Source: Deltaproteobacteria bacterium (lineage in GTDB: Bacteria; Desulfobacterota; GWC2-55-46; DRQE01). Taken from it: a stretch of 64,000 bases of DNA. The position numbers and the translations under genes are program-made. Under the pieces are notes generated by a model. That model was not told the DNA's origin. It ran no database searches and worked only from the letters and a program-made list of their open reading frames with translations. The first letter of the stretch is position 1, and every line of letters begins with the position of its first letter. Below, one piece after another: positions 60,268 through 64,000 of this stretch. The DNA is taken from the NCBI GenBank assembly GCA_015492495.1, contig WGEY01000088.1, positions 2,959 to 66,958 of the forward strand. The letters run 5' to 3'.

Positions 60268-60735
60268 ATGAGGTGTCCTTACTGTTCCCATCTCGAAGAC
60301 AGGGTCATGGATTCACGGCTCTCTCAGGACGGAAGCGTGACCCGCAGGCGCAGGGAATGCCTCGCCTGCCTCAAGAGGTTCACCACCTACGAGAGGATCG
60401 AGGAGACGCTTCCGCTCGTGGTGAAAAAGGACGGTACGAGGGAGCCGTACGACAGGGGAAAGGTGCTTTCGGGCATAAAGAAGGCCTGCGAGAAGAGGCC
60501 GGTCGGCATAGACGACATCGAAAAGGCCCTTGACCGGCTCGAAACGAGGTTCTCCGAGACCGGGGAAAAGGAGATACCGAGCTCTGTGATAGGGGAGGCG
60601 GTGATGGAAGAGCTGAGAGCCCTCGATGAGGTCGCATACGTGAGGTTCGCATCCGTATACAGGGACTTCAGGGACATAAACGAGTTTATGAAGGAATTGA
60701 GGGAACTTATTGATTTAAAAAAGAAAAAAGATTAG
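60268..60735 (+). CDS. nrdR: transcriptional repressor NrdR
   Basis: ORF 60178-60735 trimmed to the ATG at 60268. [17 protein letters not shown]...[12 protein letters not shown] (zinc ribbon) plus an ATP-cone. Confidence 0.9.
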   Translation: MRCPYCSHLEDRVMDSRLSQDGSVTRRRRECLACLKRFTTYERIEETLPLVVKKDGTREPYDRGKVLSGIKKACEKRPVGIDDIEKALDRLETRFSETGEKEIPSSVIGEAVMEELRALDEVAYVRFASVYRDFRDINEFMKELRELIDLKKKKD

Positions 60736-60737
60736 TT

Positions 60738-61817
60738 ATGTCTCATGAGCGCTTTATGCGCACCGCGCTGGCCCTTGCCAGGAGGGGGCTTGGTCATACC
60801 AGCCCGAACCCGGCGGTCGGCGCGGTCGTGGTAAGGAACGGCGGGATAGTATCAAGGGGGTACCACAGGAAGGCCGGACTTCCGCATGCCGAGGTCTTGG
60901 CCCTCGAGGGTGCTGGTAAGGGCTCGAAGGGAGCGGACCTCTACGTAACGCTCGAGCCCTGCAACCACCACGGAAGGACCCCGCCGTGTACCGAGGCCGT
61001 AATCGCGGCCGGCATAAAGAGGGTGTTCATCGGCGCCGTGGACCCGAACCCCGAGGTGGCGGGCAAGGGCATGGAAAGGCTCAGGAGAGCCGGCGTAGAG
61101 GTTACGTCCGGCATACTCGCCGAGAGGTGCCGCAGGCTCAACGAGGCGTATGAGAAGTACATCACTACCGGTCTGCCGTTTGTAACGCTCAAGCTCGCCT
61201 CGACACTCGACGGACGGATCGCCACTAAGACCGGAGAGTCCATGTGGATAACATCTGAGGACTCGAGGCGCCGCGTGCACAGGATGAGGTCCCTGGTGGA
61301 CTGCGTCATCGTGGGCAGCGGCACCGCCTTGAAGGACGACCCCGAGCTTACGGTCAGGCTGGTACGCGGAAGGAACCCTCTGAGGGCCTTGATCGACAGC
61401 GATCTCAAGGTTCCACCGGATTCCAGGCTCTTTCACCCCTCCGGCGCCGGTTGCTTCGTCTTTACGCGCAGGGGGGTGGACCGGGAAAAGGCCCGCCTGA
61501 GAGAGGAAAGGGGGGCAGAGGTCATCCCAGTACGGCGGACAAGGAACGGGCTCAGCCTCAAGGGCGTACTGAGGGAGCTTGGAAAAAGGGAGATAACGAG
61601 CGTGATGGTTGAGGGAGGCTCCGCCCTTGCGGCCGGCTTCCTGAGTGAGGGGCTCGTGGACAAGGTCGTGTGGTTTGCGGCCCCGGCGCTTTTGGGCGGC
61701 GATGCATTGTCCGCCGTGGGAGAGTTGAATATAAGGAGGATCAGCGGTGCGCTCAGGCTGAAGGATGTGACGACGAGCCGGGTGGGCGTGGACATACTCG
61801 TAGAGGGCTACCTTTGA
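60738..61817 (+). CDS. ribD: bifunctional riboflavin biosynthesis protein RibD (deaminase/reductase)
   Basis: 359 aa. CMP/dCMP deaminase zinc motifs (HAEVLAL; PCNHHGRTPPC) plus a C-terminal reductase domain. Confidence 0.9.
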   Translation: MSHERFMRTALALARRGLGHTSPNPAVGAVVVRNGGIVSRGYHRKAGLPHAEVLALEGAGKGSKGADLYVTLEPCNHHGRTPPCTEAVIAAGIKRVFIGAVDPNPEVAGKGMERLRRAGVEVTSGILAERCRRLNEAYEKYITTGLPFVTLKLASTLDGRIATKTGESMWITSEDSRRRVHRMRSLVDCVIVGSGTALKDDPELTVRLVRGRNPLRALIDSDLKVPPDSRLFHPSGAGCFVFTRRGVDREKARLREERGAEVIPVRRTRNGLSLKGVLRELGKREITSVMVEGGSALAAGFLSEGLVDKVVWFAAPALLGGDALSAVGELNIRRISGALRLKDVTTSRVGVDILVEGYL

Positions 61818-61934
61818 TAGTACGGGACCTCCATCTGTCGTAGTCCCGAAGAGCCGGATGCAACGGTGTGCCGGAGTGTCCGGAACGCTTCCAGCAGAGA
61901 GGCTTCAACACGCAGCGAATGGATGTGACAGAAG

Positions 61935-62582
61935 ATGTTTACAGGCATAGTTGAAGACTTAGGTGTTGTAAAATCTGTTGAAAAAAAAGGCACGTCTGGT
62001 AGAATAACGGTTGAGTCCGGTTTCGGGCCCGGTGCGCTTGCAACCGGCGACAGCATAGCCGTGGACGGGGTCTGCCTCACGGTCGTCGAGTACCGTGACG
62101 GCCTGTTCAGCGCCGAGATCAGCGGCGAAACGCTCGGGAATTCGACACTCGGCGGCATCGAGGTCGGCTCAAGGGTCAACCTTGAAAGGCCGCTTACACC
62201 GTCGAAGCCGCTCGGCGGACACATAGTGACGGGTCACATAGACTGTACGGGCACCATCAGGAGCAGGCACAGTAGCGACGACGGGGCCGAGTTCGAGATC
62301 ACGGTCCCACGCGCCTCACTGGGCCTGATCGTGCACAAGGGCTCGGTGGCCGTGGACGGCGTAAGCCTTACCGTTGCCTCGCTCACCGGGGACGGATTCC
62401 GGGTGGCCGTCATCCCGCATACCCTCAAGACAACGACACTGTCGCTCAGGCGGGTCGGTTCAAGGGTCAACATAGAGACGGACATAATAGCCAGGTACGT
62501 CGAGAGGCTCATCTCCTCCTACCGCAGGACCGGTATCACTCAAGACTTCCTGGCTGAGCACGGGTTCTTGAAAAAGGATTAG
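61935..62582 (+). CDS. ribE: riboflavin synthase (alpha subunit)
   Basis: 215 aa. MFTGIVEDLG N-terminus. Duplicated lumazine-binding halves. Confidence 0.85.
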   Translation: MFTGIVEDLGVVKSVEKKGTSGRITVESGFGPGALATGDSIAVDGVCLTVVEYRDGLFSAEISGETLGNSTLGGIEVGSRVNLERPLTPSKPLGGHIVTGHIDCTGTIRSRHSSDDGAEFEITVPRASLGLIVHKGSVAVDGVSLTVASLTGDGFRVAVIPHTLKTTTLSLRRVGSRVNIETDIIARYVERLISSYRRTGITQDFLAEHGFLKKD

Positions 62583-62618
62583 GATCGAAATGGCAGCAAA
62601 CACAGGGGGAAGGGAAAG

Positions 62619-63878
62619 ATGTCCATTAGAAGGATAGAAGAGGCGCTCAAGGACATAAGGGAAGGCAGGATGGTGATCCTCGTGGACGACGAGGACAGGG
62701 AGAACGAGGGGGACCTCTGCATGGCCGCCGAGAAGGTGACCCCAGAGGCCATAAACTTCATGGCCAAGTACGGTCGGGGCCTCATATGCCTGACCCTCAC
62801 GGAGGACAAGGCCGATGAGCTCGGGCTGCCGCCCATGGTGACCGACAACACCTCCATGTTCAGGACCGCCTTCACCATATCCATAGACGCGGCCCATGGT
62901 GTAACGACCGGAATATCGGCATCCGACAGGGCCGTTACCATCCTCACCGCGGTAAAGGACGGTGCGAAGCCGCACGAGCTGGCAAGGCCGGGCCACGTCT
63001 TTCCTCTCCGCTCCAAGAAGGGCGGGGTCCTGGTAAGGACCGGCCAGACCGAGGGGTCGGTGGACCTTGCAAGGCTCGCCGGACTTAAGCCCGCCGGGGT
63101 CATATGCGAGATCATGAAGGACGACGGCTCCATGGCCAGGATGCCGGACCTCGAGATAATGGCCCGCGAGCACGGCTTGAAGATAGTGACCATAGCGGAC
63201 ATCATAGAGTACAGGCTCAGGAAGGACCGGCTCGTAAGGAGGGTGGCGACCGCCAGGATCCCCACGAGGTACGCCGGAGAGTTTACTGCGGTGGCCTACG
63301 AGAACGACGTGGACTGCCATGAACACCTGGCGCTCGTAAAAGGGGATATGGACGCCATCGACCCTGATGAGCCCATACTTGTGAGGGTGCACTCAGAGTG
63401 CCTTACAGGTGACGTGCTGGGCTCTGAGAGATGCGACTGCGGGGAGCAGCTCGTCGGTGCCATGAAGATAATAGAAAGGGAGGGCAAGGGGGTCCTCCTT
63501 TACATGCACCAGGAGGGCAGGGGCATAGGACTTGCGAACAAGCTCAAGGCCTACATGCTGCAGGACGAGGGGCTCGACACCGTCGAGGCGAACGAGCGGC
63601 TCGGCTTCAAGGCGGACCTGCGCGACTACGGCATTGGGGCGCAGATACTGCTGGACCTCGGCATAAGGAAGATGCGGCTCATTACGAACAACCCGAAGAA
63701 GATAAAGGGGCTCGAAGGGTACGGACTCGAGGTCGTAGGCAGGGTGCCCATCGAGACTACGCCGAGCAGGAGGAACGTGGAATACCTTAAGGTGAAGAAA
63801 GAGAAGATGGGGCACATCCTCACGAAACTCGATGAGGTGGTCTGCTGCGGCGACAAGACCGATCTGGTGACGAATTAA
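62619..63878 (+). CDS. ribBA: bifunctional 3,4-dihydroxy-2-butanone-4-phosphate synthase / GTP cyclohydrolase II
   Basis: 419 aa. DHBP synthase half ([11 protein letters not shown]) plus the GCHII zinc motif ([15 protein letters not shown]). Confidence 0.9.
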   Translation: MSIRRIEEALKDIREGRMVILVDDEDRENEGDLCMAAEKVTPEAINFMAKYGRGLICLTLTEDKADELGLPPMVTDNTSMFRTAFTISIDAAHGVTTGISASDRAVTILTAVKDGAKPHELARPGHVFPLRSKKGGVLVRTGQTEGSVDLARLAGLKPAGVICEIMKDDGSMARMPDLEIMAREHGLKIVTIADIIEYRLRKDRLVRRVATARIPTRYAGEFTAVAYENDVDCHEHLALVKGDMDAIDPDEPILVRVHSECLTGDVLGSERCDCGEQLVGAMKIIEREGKGVLLYMHQEGRGIGLANKLKAYMLQDEGLDTVEANERLGFKADLRDYGIGAQILLDLGIRKMRLITNNPKKIKGLEGYGLEVVGRVPIETTPSRRNVEYLKVKKEKMGHILTKLDEVVCCGDKTDLVTN

Positions 63879-63887
63879 GGAGGACAT

Positions 63888-64000
63888 ATGCCGAAGACAT
63901 TCGAAGGCAATCTTTCAGCAAAGGGGCTCAAGGTGGCGGTGGTTGCGGCAAGGTTCAACGACTTCATCGGAGACAGGCTCTTGAGCGGTGCGCTCGACAC
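63888..64000 (+). CDS. ribH: 6,7-dimethyl-8-ribityllumazine synthase, N-terminal part (runs off the window end)
   Basis: ATG 63888 follows [45 protein letters not shown] is the classic RibH start. Confidence 0.8.
   Translation, partial: MPKTFEGNLSAKGLKVAVVAARFNDFIGDRLLSGALD

Noticed and set aside
1-64000. CRISPR arrays, IS elements, integrases or prophage genes
   Set aside because: No regularly spaced direct repeats, no transposase or integrase-like ORFs, and no phage structural genes were found. The DUF559 gene (37111-37569) is a stand-alone endonuclease-domain gene without flanking inverted repeats.

Overview
This is a GC-rich bacterial chromosomal segment, gene-dense on both strands. Sequence features (SOS lexA-dinB module, TonB/ExbBD, hybrid sensor kinase, RND efflux) suggest a Gram-negative, possibly deltaproteobacterial-like, organism; that is inference only. 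Conserved housekeeping blocks: pyrC' (partial), carA, carB, recG, gdh, lexA-dinB, ftsH, cls, ppsA, tRNA-Ala, nrdR-ribD-ribE-ribBA-ribH'. Functional modules: a hybrid PAS histidine kinase; a TPR x3 - ExbB - ExbD - ExbD - TonB operon; a TetR-OMF-MFP-RND efflux operon; and an ion/osmo-stress cluster (GT2 glycosyltransferase, P-type ATPase, Usp, Na+/H+ antiporter). The most unusual region is about 20.4-26.4 kb. It holds ten co-directional, partly overlapping ORFs encoding small, low-complexity proteins. Four of them are Cys-cluster proteins (CC/CCC/CCCCC runs) with His/Tyr/Pro-rich N-termini; two of these are clear paralogs sharing an ARVRWCE C-terminus. No known domain could be assigned to any of the ten, and no mobile-element genes flank the block. 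Other oddities: an S1-like serine protease followed by a convergent, separately promoted stand-alone copy of its own N-terminal domain; an apparent homopolymer frameshift in a small membrane-protein gene translationally coupled to the sensor kinase; two divergent isoprenoid-synthase-like proteins flanking the SOS module; a small unknown ORF translationally coupled between lexA and dinB; tandem paralogous response regulators with an N-terminal non-receiver domain; and a roughly 900 bp non-coding gap with a consensus sigma70 promoter and long leader ahead of the TonB operon. No CRISPR array, transposase or integrase was recognised. All calls rest on reading the translated ORFs and the DNA by eye; no database searches were run.
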